Shown: positions 39,045 to 48,649 of the stretch, one piece after another
Numbering within the stretch: the stretch's first letter is position 1
Layout of the letters: every line of letters starts with the position of its first letter
Virus record (IMG/VR): IMGVR_UViG_3300037067_022550
Source: a virus
Reading direction: 5' to 3' (one strand)
Length of the DNA: 64,000 nucleotides
Notes under the pieces: model-generated
Databases searched by the model: none
What the model was told of the DNA's origin: nothing
What the model saw: the letters and a program-made list of their open reading frames with translations, nothing else
Translations under genes and position numbers: made by a program

Positions 39045-39623
39045 TTAGTTTTTTTCTACTTTTGTTTTGTCTCCAAAAACAACAGTATCATCATCCTTAC
39101 CGGTTTCAAAAGATTTTTCAGTTTCAGTAGATATAATAACAGGAATTTTAACCTCCTTAAAACCCATCATTCCCAACATAAAATTAGATGGAAATCTTTG
39201 CAACATTAAATTATATTCCCTCTGCAAATCAATAAGTTCTTTCTGTCTCATGGTCCAAGCATCCCGAGATGAAACAATAATGTTTTGAAGATTTTTAAAA
39301 GTAGATGTATCAACATTAGGAACACTTTCAGAAATCCATTTCATAATTAATTTGCTATCATCTCCATTACCACTTCTTGATTTTGCATAACCGTCAAATA
39401 TACGGGCAAGAGAATTTATTTGTTCTGTTGAAACTTGAGCAACTTGACAAATTTTCTTCTTGGTATTGTCAAATTCATTCTTATTATCTTCAATTTTAGC
39501 TGTTATAGCAACGGTAATAGTTTTTGCATTATTATACATTCCCACAAAACTAGAACCAACAATAACAGCAATCAGAAATATAATACTTAAAATACCTAAT
39601 ACAACAATTAATCCTTTTGACAT
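39045..39623 (-). CDS. LemA-family membrane protein
   Basis: N-terminal TM, then VGMYNN and C-terminal REYNLMLQRFPSNFMLGMMGF resemble LemA motifs. Confidence 0.45.
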   Translation of the reverse strand: MSKGLIVVLGILSIIFLIAVIVGSSFVGMYNNAKTITVAITAKIEDNKNEFDNTKKKICQVAQVSTEQINSLARIFDGYAKSRSGNGDDSKLIMKWISESVPNVDTSTFKNLQNIIVSSRDAWTMRQKELIDLQREYNLMLQRFPSNFMLGMMGFKEVKIPVIISTETEKSFETGKDDDTVVFGDKTKVEKN

Positions 39624-39641
39624 AACTTTTCTCCTTTAATA

Positions 39642-39836
39642 TTATTTTAGAACAAATTCACCTATTTCTTCGTTAAATATAACACCTATGCATTTAATGT
39701 CAACTTGAGGCAAAATAACGTTTTCTAATGTTTTTATATTAACTCCATGAGAAACGACTCTAAATTTTTTGCCTTCTTTATTTTCCTCCTTTGTAGTTAT
39801 AACAACAATTATTTCTTTTAAGCATTCTTCTTTCAT
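39642..39836 (-). CDS. hypothetical small protein
   Basis: 64-aa ORF only. Confidence 0.25.
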   Translation of the reverse strand: MKEECLKEIIVVITTKEENKEGKKFRVVSHGVNIKTLENVILPQVDIKCIGVIFNEEIGEFVLK

Positions 39837-39840
39837 TTTT

Positions 39841-40074
39841 TCACAACTTTACTTTGTACATTTTTGATGGTGGCGATATTATTACTGTTTTTCCAATATC
39901 GAAAATAACATATCCCAGCCCTATTATAGCCAAAATATGTAAATTATCAAAATTACCATACCCAACTAAGTAGGATAATAAAAATACAGGGACAGTTAAA
40001 CATATTCCTAATATCATCCACATAACTAACAACATCTTATATGTCTCTTTTATATTACATTCTTTTTCTATCAT
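39841..40074 (-). CDS. hypothetical small membrane protein
   Basis: 77 aa with two hydrophobic helices. Confidence 0.3.
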   Translation of the reverse strand: MIEKECNIKETYKMLLVMWMILGICLTVPVFLLSYLVGYGNFDNLHILAIIGLGYVIFDIGKTVIISPPSKMYKVKL

Positions 40075-40099
40075 ATTTATTATCCTAATGAATTATCTT

Positions 40100-41098
40100 T
40101 TAATTTGTTAATTTAACTGCAATTCTAAAAGCTTCTCTTTTAAAGTCTGCTCCTCTTCCAGTCCAAATAGATGCAAACCTTGATGTAGGATTTTTTGTTT
40201 TGGTTTTTGAATATATGCTATAATGATCTGTAAATTCAGTAGCACTATTAAATGCAGCCCAAGCAGAACCTCTAATTCCTGGCAGGGAATTAGATTCAGA
40301 TTCAAATCTAGATAAAATTCCATGCCTAATATTATTGGTTCTAGTGCTTACTTCTTCTTCATCTTTAGCAGGAACAAGTTCTTTAACGTATTCTGTAAGC
40401 CACTCGTCATTGACTTGATATCCTGCAAGTTTATCGTATGCTTGTTGTAATTCGCCATATGTTTTGTCAACAAGTCCTAAAATTTCCTTCGCAGCTTCTA
40501 CTTTGTTATGAACACCTGGCAAATGTTTTATTCTCACAACATTACCACCAGATTGTTCTACTTCAGTATTAGCAGCAGCAAGGGTATTCTCACAAACTAC
40601 ACGTACACCTGTAAAGAACATACGCATAGTACTTTTGCCGTTATGTGAATTAGTTAGCAATAGATATTTTTCAACAATATCATCTGTTTTAAGAATTCTT
40701 ATCTCCCCCGGAATTTTAGCTAACAACCATATCGTTTCGCCTTGCCCAAGAGATCCACAAACTTCATAAATAGCCTTACCTTGACCTACGACGCCATCAA
40801 AGAAGCTAAAGCTGTCAACATTCTGTATGGGAGTATATAGCCGTCCTACGACCCCAATGGCAGCCATAGTGTCCATCCTAACAGTAGCTCTTGTGTCGCA
40901 TATTGGTATAAACTCATTAATTTTGAAATTATCACTAATATCAGGAACACCAGCATAAACAGGAAATGCTTTTACTTCCCAATCTAGTTTAGCTGCCTTA
41001 ATTGCTTCTGCTGCTGTGGCTGGCTTATCAAGTTCCGTACCCATACCGTGCCAAGGTCTTTCCCCATAATAACAAATGCTATTGATATTTGCTGGCAT
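40100..41098 (-). CDS. phage/plasmid-like protein (DUF932 / TIGR03299-like), hypothetical
   Basis: The N-terminus GERPWHGMGTELDKPATAAEAIKAAKLDWEV resembles the conserved DUF932 N-terminus as I remember it. Confidence 0.35.
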   Translation of the reverse strand: MPANINSICYYGERPWHGMGTELDKPATAAEAIKAAKLDWEVKAFPVYAGVPDISDNFKINEFIPICDTRATVRMDTMAAIGVVGRLYTPIQNVDSFSFFDGVVGQGKAIYEVCGSLGQGETIWLLAKIPGEIRILKTDDIVEKYLLLTNSHNGKSTMRMFFTGVRVVCENTLAAANTEVEQSGGNVVRIKHLPGVHNKVEAAKEILGLVDKTYGELQQAYDKLAGYQVNDEWLTEYVKELVPAKDEEEVSTRTNNIRHGILSRFESESNSLPGIRGSAWAAFNSATEFTDHYSIYSKTKTKNPTSRFASIWTGRGADFKREAFRIAVKLTN

Positions 41099-41216
41099 AA
41101 CCGTTCTCCTTTATTTGTTTTTTTTATAATTGAATAATAAGTTTTTTAATTTTTTAGTCAAGTTTTAAATATTTCTTAAAGTGATAAAATTGCCAAGGAT
41201 TATTTTTTCCTTTATT

Positions 41217-41711
41217 TTAAGATTCAGGGTCTAAGTGGCAAGTTACGCACCATACGGCGTCAGGAATGGCGTCTTCAAACCCATGTCTTATTTTACGCAA
41301 AGCCCCATCAGCATCATCAGCCATCCCAAGCCCTTTCTTCATTTCTTCTATAATTTTTTGGTCATTGATTCCAAATTCTTTAACAGCTTTTTCAAGAACT
41401 ATGTCAAAAAAATTCTTTGTTGCTTCTATCATCCAATCGTCATCAAGAAGCTCTTTTATAACAGTATTAATTTTCTCTATGTTATGTTCGTATACCGCCG
41501 TCTTTTCTTTTTTTGGAAGAGATAAAAAATCTTTCTTTTTTAGGTTTTTCATTATTTTGTCATTTTCTTTTTTTTCAGATAACTTCTCGTTGAGCTTGGC
41601 AATTTCTTCTCTGTCATCTATAACAATTCTGCCTGCTTTATCTCTTGATATAAGACAATCACCTACTTTTGTGGATTTTTCTGTTATGTCTTTGGGGTTC
41701 ATTTCTTTCAT
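41217..41711 (-). CDS. hypothetical acidic protein
   Basis: 164-aa ORF only. Confidence 0.4.
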   Translation of the reverse strand: MKEMNPKDITEKSTKVGDCLISRDKAGRIVIDDREEIAKLNEKLSEKKENDKIMKNLKKKDFLSLPKKEKTAVYEHNIEKINTVIKELLDDDWMIEATKNFFDIVLEKAVKEFGINDQKIIEEMKKGLGMADDADGALRKIRHGFEDAIPDAVWCVTCHLDPES

Positions 41712-41768
41712 TTCAATTTCTCATCTGTATTTTCTGGCATATGCAAATTCTTTTTTATTCATGGAATT

Positions 41769-42113
41769 CTATTTTCTAAAAATATATTGGGCTACATAAT
41801 CCCCAGCTAGCAATGGCTTAAAATATTGAACTTTCCAACCGGCCTCTTTATAAAGAGCTATAATGTCTAAATAAAAATATTTAAAAAGAAATGGTTCGGA
41901 CATTTTGTTTTTTGCAAAATAATATTTAGTTAATTTTTTAACTTCGTTTTCATAAACAACAGCTTTATTGTTACGCCAGCTATTTCTAATCAATTTGTTA
42001 AACACTTGAATAACTTTATTGGGTATATCGTCTTTTATTTCGGATGGTTTAATTGGTTTAACTTTATAGTTTTTTTTCATTTTTTTATCTCCTTTGGCTG
42101 TTTTCTGACGCAA
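41769..42113 (-). CDS. small paralogue family protein, copy 4
   Basis: Shares KPIKPSEI..DIP..VI..FN.LI...W and C-terminal GW.V.Y...FIFRK with the next three genes. Confidence 0.45.
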   Translation of the reverse strand: MRQKTAKGDKKMKKNYKVKPIKPSEIKDDIPNKVIQVFNKLIRNSWRNNKAVVYENEVKKLTKYYFAKNKMSEPFLFKYFYLDIIALYKEAGWKVQYFKPLLAGDYVAQYIFRK

Positions 42114-42165
42114 TTCTATTTCTTTTTTAAATCATAATTAGATTTGAAAATTATTCTTTGTTTTC

Positions 42166-42507
42166 TTATGGATGTTTAAAAACAAATCCTTTTATATTAT
42201 ATTCAACTATCCATCCTGCTTGGCTATAAACACTTTTAACACTCAAAATACAATTGAGACTTAGCTCGCTTAATCCCGAAATAACATATTTACAGTTTAT
42301 TGGGAGAATTACAAGTTCAAATTCTTTTAAAATAATTTGAACGGCTTCTTTTGGAGAAATGATGGATTTGTTGCCATCCCAGTTTCTTTTAATTGCTTCA
42401 TTAAATATTTTTATCATTCTAGGTGGAAGTGTAAAATCTCCGTCGCTCTCACAGGGATTAACCAATTGAATCGGCTCAATTGGTTTAATTGGTTTAATTT
42501 TATTCAT
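42166..42507 (-). CDS. small paralogue family protein, copy 3
   Basis: Has KPIKPIEPI...IFNEAIKRNWDGN...AGWIVEY. Confidence 0.45.
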   Translation of the reverse strand: MNKIKPIKPIEPIQLVNPCESDGDFTLPPRMIKIFNEAIKRNWDGNKSIISPKEAVQIILKEFELVILPINCKYVISGLSELSLNCILSVKSVYSQAGWIVEYNIKGFVFKHP

Positions 42508-42513
42508 GAAATT

Positions 42514-42816
42514 CTATTTTCTAAAAATGAATTTGGCTCTAGTATCGCTAGGTGAAGATTCAATATATGTAACGCTCCATCCATTTTTTTGATAAACATC
42601 TATAATTTGTAAATATAAAAATAAACGAAGTGGTGTGTATGTATTATTTTTTGAAGAATAATAACTATCTAATTTTTTAACTTCATCTTCATAAACCTCA
42701 GCCTCATGGTTTTTCCAGTTTTTTATAATCAATTCGTTAACCGCCCGAATAACTTCATCAGGTAAAATATCATCATCTATTTCGGATGGCTTAATCGGTT
42801 GAATTGTATTTTTCAT
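42514..42816 (-). CDS. small paralogue family protein, copy 2
   Basis: Has IQPIKPSEIDDDILPDEVIRAVNELIIKNW...GWSVTY...FIFRK. Confidence 0.45.
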   Translation of the reverse strand: MKNTIQPIKPSEIDDDILPDEVIRAVNELIIKNWKNHEAEVYEDEVKKLDSYYSSKNNTYTPLRLFLYLQIIDVYQKNGWSVTYIESSPSDTRAKFIFRK

Positions 42817-42820
42817 TTTT

Positions 42821-43195
42821 TTAAGACTTAATTTGGTTTATTGCCCCATCTTTTTTAAAAATAAACATAGCAACAAAATCATCACCAATACCAGGTTTTT
42901 CATAGGTTACATCCCATCCTTCTTTCCCATAAATACTTTCTATATTCAAGTAACCACGATCAAAAATTGAGGATCGCGTTAAGTTTCCTTTCGTTTCTTC
43001 TGAAATATCTAAAATCAATTCTATAACATCATTTTGTGTAAATTCAGATTCATTGCCGTCCCATCGTCTTTTAATTAATTCGTTAAATGCCACAATAACT
43101 TCATCTGGAATTTGCAAACCTACTTCATTAGGGCTAATAGGTTTGTTTTTATTATTAATTACTTGGGCAGCAAGTGTTGAAATATATGTTTTCAT
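42821..43195 (-). CDS. small paralogue family protein, copy 1
   Basis: Has NKPISPNEVGLQIPDEVIVAFNELIKRRWDGN...GWDVTY...FIFKK. Confidence 0.45.
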   Translation of the reverse strand: MKTYISTLAAQVINNKNKPISPNEVGLQIPDEVIVAFNELIKRRWDGNESEFTQNDVIELILDISEETKGNLTRSSIFDRGYLNIESIYGKEGWDVTYEKPGIGDDFVAMFIFKKDGAINQIKS

Positions 43196-43204
43196 ATTTT
43201 ATTA

Positions 43205-43627
43205 CTATTTCTTTGAAACTTTTTGATAATTTTCTAATTCTTCTGACAATGTAGCCGGTTTTGTTTTAGATTGATTTTTCATTAAACTATTAAATATGGC
43301 GTTTTCCCTATTTCTTTCTTTTAATAGCAATTCTTCACTTTTATCACCAACTAGATCATTTTTATGGTCTTTCTTAATGGGATTATTTTTAACTTCTTCT
43401 TTAATAATTTTTACATACCATTTCATTAAAGGAAGCCAATTTTGAGGAGTACTTACTTTAATTTTCTTTTTATCTTTTTCTGACTGAACTTCTCCTTGCC
43501 AAGCAAGCTGTAGAATCTCGCACTTATCACATTTTTCACAATAACGAATAAGCGGGTATTTTTCTTTTGTATTTTGTTTTGGGTTGTCAATAAGCAACCA
43601 TTTATGTTTAAAGTGAAATGGATTCAT
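43205..43627 (-). CDS. hypothetical protein
   Basis: Start moved to the internal ATG at 43627, which has a strong SD TAGGAGAAAT. This removes the 56-nt overlap with the upstream gene. Confidence 0.4.
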   Translation of the reverse strand: MNPFHFKHKWLLIDNPKQNTKEKYPLIRYCEKCDKCEILQLAWQGEVQSEKDKKKIKVSTPQNWLPLMKWYVKIIKEEVKNNPIKKDHKNDLVGDKSEELLLKERNRENAIFNSLMKNQSKTKPATLSEELENYQKVSKK

Positions 43628-43634
43628 ATTTCTC

Positions 43635-44390
43635 CTAATAATAATTTTGTTCATAATCTTCTTTCTCAGAAATACTGTCTTTTTGTTCATCTAATTCCTT
43701 TTGAGATTTGACAAACTTACGTATCCCTAATGGATCTGATTTATTACCAGTTAAATAGTAAGCACAGACCATATCCTTCATTCTTACGGTGGGATATTTG
43801 TCTTTTTTACAATAGTTCCACATTTCTCTGAAAACTTCATCGGAAAACAGTACTTTCATTTTTAATCCGTGCGTACGATTTTTTTCTCTATTATAATATG
43901 GAATTTCTTCTTTTTCTACTGATAGAACGAATTTATTATTTTTTAGATATTCAAGCACTCCGTCTATATGATAGTGTTCATTGTCGATGCCACCGCAATA
44001 ATCAAAATACATAACTGTTGGTATTGGGTAAAGATCCTTTATTTTAAAAACCATATGCCCACCGTAATATGGGCACAATATTCTATTAATGTCCAATTTT
44101 TTTTCATTCTTGAATTTGTCAAAAGGAATAATAAATTCATTAAATTTTATTTCAGTAAAATGTTTGACATTAAATTCATCAAATATCTTTTTATCAAAAT
44201 AATAATATGAAAGATTTTTATCAAGTTGGTCTTCAGATTTAAAAGGCATTTTATTACAATGAATTTGATAACTTTGAATCTTATTATTTTGTTTGCTAAC
44301 ATAAATATTAATATTCTTATTACCATCAACTGAATATATGTCTGTTTCGTAAGTAATTACTGTTTTGACACATTTTCTTATTTCAATCAT
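43635..44390 (-). CDS. hypothetical protein
   Basis: 251-aa ORF only. Confidence 0.45.
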   Translation of the reverse strand: MIEIRKCVKTVITYETDIYSVDGNKNINIYVSKQNNKIQSYQIHCNKMPFKSEDQLDKNLSYYYFDKKIFDEFNVKHFTEIKFNEFIIPFDKFKNEKKLDINRILCPYYGGHMVFKIKDLYPIPTVMYFDYCGGIDNEHYHIDGVLEYLKNNKFVLSVEKEEIPYYNREKNRTHGLKMKVLFSDEVFREMWNYCKKDKYPTVRMKDMVCAYYLTGNKSDPLGIRKFVKSQKELDEQKDSISEKEDYEQNYY

Positions 44391-44416
44391 ATCATATTTA
44401 TCCTTTTATATGTCAT

Positions 44417-44641
44417 TTATATTGAAATGGTTTTTCCTTTTGATGGCTGACTAGAAACAATATTAATAATATGTTCCCTAATTTTAGCGTCTAAATGAAA
44501 ATAAACATTTGGATCAACTCTAGTAAAAATATGACTTCTGTTTTTTTTAGCATATTCCAAAATATATCTTCTACACATTGATTTTTTTATCATCGTTTTC
44601 ATTATTTTATCATTCTCATAAATTCTTCTTCTGATATGCAT
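44417..44641 (-). CDS. hypothetical small protein (uncertain)
   Basis: 74-aa ORF overlapping the ligA 3' end. May start at an internal Met. Confidence 0.2.
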   Translation of the reverse strand: MHIRRRIYENDKIMKTMIKKSMCRRYILEYAKKNRSHIFTRVDPNVYFHLDAKIREHIINIVSSQPSKGKTISI

Positions 44642-46584
44642 GTGACTCCAAGGGCAGAAGCCTTATCCATCTTAGAACCGCACTTTTCTCCACAAATAAG
44701 ATAGTTTAATTTGCTTGAAACTGAAGAAGAAAAATTTCCCCCATTTTCTTCAATCATTTCTTGAAATTTGCTTCTTGAACTACTTAATGTTCCAGTAATG
44801 CAAAAGCTTTTACCATTTAGTTTTTTTGACATTGTTTCTTTATCCTTTTTTATTGTTATGTAACTATTCAATAATCTATCTATTTGATCCCTTTGCTTTT
44901 TCCATCCATTGATAAAAGAATTAGCTTTCTTTTCTTTAAATCCATGAATTTTAACTATATCTTCTACTTTTAATTTGTCAATATCTTTAATTGTAGGAGC
45001 TATGGCTGTAATATCTTTACTCATTCTGCCTATCTTGCCTATTCCCAAAGCTTCTATAAAATCTGCTAATGAAAGCTCCTTAACAGAATTAACAGCTTGA
45101 ACAATATTGGCAAAGGCTTTCTTGCCAAAAATCTCATTATACACTGCTGGGCCGTCGGGCTGATATATGTTAGACAGATTGCACAATAAATACATATCTG
45201 CAACATTCCTGAGTGGTATGTAGCCTTCTTTTTCTTCTCCAGATGTTAATTTTTCAATAATTCCTGGACCAATACCAAGAACTCCTATTTTTTTAAACCA
45301 ATGTTCTATGCATCTGTCAACCTGTGCTGGGCAAGCGTCATTATAGCAATGTTTTGTGGTTTCTGTATCATCCCATTCCAATTCTCCTTCACAAGCAGGG
45401 CAAGTATCTGGTATTTCTATTTTTTTCCCCTTGCCCTGTTCTACTACTTCAATTATTTTGGGAATAATATCTCCTGCTTTCTCCAGTACAATTTTGGTGC
45501 CCAAATTGGTAATGCCAAGTCGCGTCATTTCCTTTAAGTTATGGATAGTTGATCTTTGAACTGTTGTACCAGCAATATGAACTGGTTTTAACAATGCTAC
45601 AGGGGTCAAAGAACCTGTGCGACCAATGCTCCATTCTACGCCTTCCAAGATTGTCTCTTTTTTTTCTGTTGGGAATTTTATTGCCCTATTAGCTTTGAGT
45701 CTTTTACCTTCATCTGTTGTACCCATTGACTCTACTAATTCCAGATCATTAATTTTAACAACAATCCCATCAACATCAAAAGGCAAGTCTTCCCTCTTTA
45801 CTTGGTTCATAAATTTATTAATTTCTTTTATGACATCTTCTACTTTCTTGCCTTTACAAACAATCAAACTAGTTTCGTCCCTCAAGGTTTTAAACCCATT
45901 ATATTCAAGAAACTTTGATTTTTCAACTTCTTGTTTAAAGTCTACACCACGAACATCATAGGCTATAAACTCCAATCCTCTGCGTTTTGTTTCTTGTGGA
46001 TCTTTCTGGTTAATAGCTCCTGCAGTAAAATTTCTAGGATTGGCTGGATTCCTTCCGTTGATAAGTTGATTTGCCCAATTTTTATAAAAATCTTGTCTAT
46101 TTTTGAAAACTTCACCCTTAATTTCTACATATCCTTGGCTACTAATTTTTTCTTGAACGTTTTTAATAAAGCGAGCGTTACTTGTATAGTCCAACCCTTC
46201 TACTCCATCTCCACGAGAAACCCCCTGAATAAACTTACCGTCTTGATATTTAAGACAAAAAGAACTTCCGTCAACTTTTAATTCAACAACAAGAATAAGT
46301 TTGTCTAACTTATCACCGAATGTTTTCTCAAACCATTTTGCAAACTCATCTGTGTTTGGATCTTTGTTAAGAGATCCCATAATATATTTGTGTTTAACCC
46401 TAGTACCATAGACAGATTCTTCTATTCCACCAACTTCACTAAAAAAATCATTTGTGGGGTCAAGTTCTTTTAGAGCAGAATATTCCTTGTCATATTCATC
46501 ATCTGTAATAGGAGAAGTTCCATTGGTTTCATACAGTTTGGCACATTTTTTGAGATAATCTATCCTATCTTGAACTGATTTCAT
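44602..46584 (-). CDS. ligA: NAD-dependent DNA ligase
   Basis: Adenylation KxDG motif (ELKVDGSSF). Zn finger CPACEGELEW...C..ACP. C-terminal HhH and BRCT region. 660 aa. Confidence 0.85.
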   Translation of the reverse strand: MKSVQDRIDYLKKCAKLYETNGTSPITDDEYDKEYSALKELDPTNDFFSEVGGIEESVYGTRVKHKYIMGSLNKDPNTDEFAKWFEKTFGDKLDKLILVVELKVDGSSFCLKYQDGKFIQGVSRGDGVEGLDYTSNARFIKNVQEKISSQGYVEIKGEVFKNRQDFYKNWANQLINGRNPANPRNFTAGAINQKDPQETKRRGLEFIAYDVRGVDFKQEVEKSKFLEYNGFKTLRDETSLIVCKGKKVEDVIKEINKFMNQVKREDLPFDVDGIVVKINDLELVESMGTTDEGKRLKANRAIKFPTEKKETILEGVEWSIGRTGSLTPVALLKPVHIAGTTVQRSTIHNLKEMTRLGITNLGTKIVLEKAGDIIPKIIEVVEQGKGKKIEIPDTCPACEGELEWDDTETTKHCYNDACPAQVDRCIEHWFKKIGVLGIGPGIIEKLTSGEEKEGYIPLRNVADMYLLCNLSNIYQPDGPAVYNEIFGKKAFANIVQAVNSVKELSLADFIEALGIGKIGRMSKDITAIAPTIKDIDKLKVEDIVKIHGFKEKKANSFINGWKKQRDQIDRLLNSYITIKKDKETMSKKLNGKSFCITGTLSSSRSKFQEMIEENGGNFSSSVSSKLNYLICGEKCGSKMDKASALGVTCISEEEFMRMIK

Positions 46585-46630
46585 GGTTTTGTTCCTAAAT
46601 GGTTTATGACTTATTCTTTAAAATAATGTA

Positions 46631-47029
46631 TCAGATGTTAGTTGTTTTGTCAATACTATTTTGAAGAATATTGGCGTTTAATAATTCCAACCATTTGTTT
46701 TTTAGTTTAACGGAAATTTCGCGAGTGCCGACAGGTATTGCAATGTCAGAAGAAATAACTTTTGAACTATCCCAGTTTAAGCCAACTTTCACTGACTTCT
46801 CTGACACTTTCCTGCGAAAATCAGATTTACTAGATGAAATTCCCAACTCCAGCATTATCCATGATATATTAACTGGAAATGGGCACACTAAAATAACCAT
46901 GTCGTCTTCGCTTATATCTGCAATAATTGTGTTATCAAAAATCTTATCTCTGTTTTCAATTTCGCTAATCTGTTCGCAAATAAAACCAGACTTTATTTGG
47001 GGATGCCCACTTAATGAAAACTTATTCAT
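46631..47029 (-). CDS. hypothetical protein (possible S4-like RNA-binding C-terminus)
   Basis: FRRKVSEKSVKVGLNWDSSKV weakly resembles S4-type motifs. Confidence 0.3.
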   Translation of the reverse strand: MNKFSLSGHPQIKSGFICEQISEIENRDKIFDNTIIADISEDDMVILVCPFPVNISWIMLELGISSSKSDFRRKVSEKSVKVGLNWDSSKVISSDIAIPVGTREISVKLKNKWLELLNANILQNSIDKTTNI

Positions 47030-47160
47030 ATTTTGACTACATTCTTTAAAGGTTTCCTTACTTATTCTTTAAATACAATGTAGCAGACATTAATAGATTT
47101 GTCAAGTATTAACTTCTATTCTACCACTTTATGCAATTATTTAAATCACAATTATTAGCT

Positions 47161-47412
47161 CTATTTTTTTGTAAATGGATAAAACAAGACTGGTTGATGT
47201 CTTGTTTCTCTATTAGCATTATACATAATGGATTCCTTATGTTCTGATCGCGTGAATAAAACAAAATGTCCATTGTCGTCTTCCACCCAAACCACAGCAG
47301 ATGGACCAATTTCTTTTTGATAAATATTCCAATAATCAAACGCTGCTTTGATGAGTTTTTTTGCAGCTTTTCCAAGGTCGCTTTTCAAATTTATTGATTT
47401 ATTTGTTTGCAT
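47161..47412 (-). CDS. hypothetical small protein
   Basis: 83-aa ORF only. Confidence 0.3.
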   Translation of the reverse strand: MQTNKSINLKSDLGKAAKKLIKAAFDYWNIYQKEIGPSAVVWVEDDNGHFVLFTRSEHKESIMYNANRETRHQPVLFYPFTKK

Positions 47413-47714
47413 TTTTTATCTTTTTTTGAAGGGATTTGCCAATCCATGTGACCAAAGCTACAAAATATCATTCCATTAATCGCATTACAACCACCGTCTG
47501 GATAAATACAATTGGTTAAAAAATTTTTATATTTAACTTCTTCATCCACAAATTGTGGGACTTCAATAATTCTGCGTCTATTGGCAAGATTAAGTTGATA
47601 GTCTACGTGATAACCATTTTTTTCAAAAGATTTAATAGTTTTAAAATCAGAATAAAACTGTTTGTGGCTTGCTTTTGGTCTTTCTCCGTGTTCCCATATT
47701 TCCATGTCTGTCAT
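47391..47714 (-). CDS. hypothetical protein
   Basis: 107-aa ORF only. Confidence 0.3.
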   Translation of the reverse strand: MTDMEIWEHGERPKASHKQFYSDFKTIKSFEKNGYHVDYQLNLANRRRIIEVPQFVDEEVKYKNFLTNCIYPDGGCNAINGMIFCSFGHMDWQIPSKKDKKCKQINQ

Positions 47715-47794
47715 GTTGTTTTACTCCTGCTGCTATTTTAATGGCTATCAGTTCTTTGGTTGAACATGCCCAACAATTTTAGTGATTTTGTAAT

Positions 47795-48610
47795 TTATTT
47801 TCCCAACAACATTTCCTTGGTTATTTCTTTAGGAATCTTTTGGGCAAATTTATTCTTTATTTCAATAAACTTTTCAAACCCAGGATTACCTTCTTTAATC
47901 CAATTTTCAAAAGAAAGATACTCTTTAGGAACATCTTTAAGTTGATCAAATTCTTTATATAAATAATATTCTGATATTTTATGCAATCTTTTATCATAAC
48001 TTGGAATGAAAGGAATTATAAGTTCAACACTAAATGGAACATAATAAGACATATCTCTTGTTAATTCTGCAGTAAAACCGTTCATGCTTGGAACATAATT
48101 AAAATCTTTCAATATTTTATCCCAAATTTTTCCTCTTTTCTCCCAATCTTTATAATTAATTCCATCAAGAGGGTCTGTATTGTTCCAATAACCGAATTTT
48201 TTTATCCATTCTTGTTGAAACCACATTTCATTAATTTTTCTATTATCACAAAATAGCATTCCGTAAAATGTATCTTTATACAAATGAACTGTGGCAGAAC
48301 AGGAATAATCAAAAAGGCTCCTTTCTGGAGAAATTTTTACTTTTTTAGTTTCTTGCAGTAAATATTCGTATGCATAAAAAAAGGGGGATGTATTTTTTTC
48401 ATTATTTTCTATACCACAGCAACAATTGTCTATAAAATTTGATGCAATAGCGGCAGAAAATTTATTGAATTCACTAGTAATATATTTATCAATTTTATGT
48501 CTAAATTCCTGATTTTTTTTATTTATAACTGCTATGTTTTTAGGAACAAACATAAAACCATCATATATTTTTGTACTCATATTTTCACATTTAGTGCAAT
48601 GGTTGATCAA
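47795..48610 (-). CDS. hypothetical protein
   Basis: 271-aa ORF, Cys-rich N-terminus, no motif recognised. Confidence 0.4.
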   Translation of the reverse strand: MINHCTKCENMSTKIYDGFMFVPKNIAVINKKNQEFRHKIDKYITSEFNKFSAAIASNFIDNCCCGIENNEKNTSPFFYAYEYLLQETKKVKISPERSLFDYSCSATVHLYKDTFYGMLFCDNRKINEMWFQQEWIKKFGYWNNTDPLDGINYKDWEKRGKIWDKILKDFNYVPSMNGFTAELTRDMSYYVPFSVELIIPFIPSYDKRLHKISEYYLYKEFDQLKDVPKEYLSFENWIKEGNPGFEKFIEIKNKFAQKIPKEITKEMLLGK

Positions 48611-48649
48611 CTTGTTTATTTTTTAAAAAAAAATATTTCTAATTATCAA

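Noticed and set aside
41235-41799. ORFs 41235..41525 and 41266..41799 on + strand
   Set aside because: Nested antisense ORFs within 41217..41711 and the adjacent genes. Composition is Ser/Phe-rich low complexity, typical of AT-rich antisense frames.
43627-43690. Apparent 56-nt out-of-frame overlap between 43205..43690 and 43635..44390, which might have been a programmed frameshift
   Set aside because: An internal ATG at 43627 with a strong TAGGAGAAAT SD removes the overlap. The N-terminal 21 residues of the long call are low complexity.
45301-46281. Four + strand ORFs inside ligA
   Set aside because: Fully contained in the opposite strand of a highly credible ligase gene. None has a start context.
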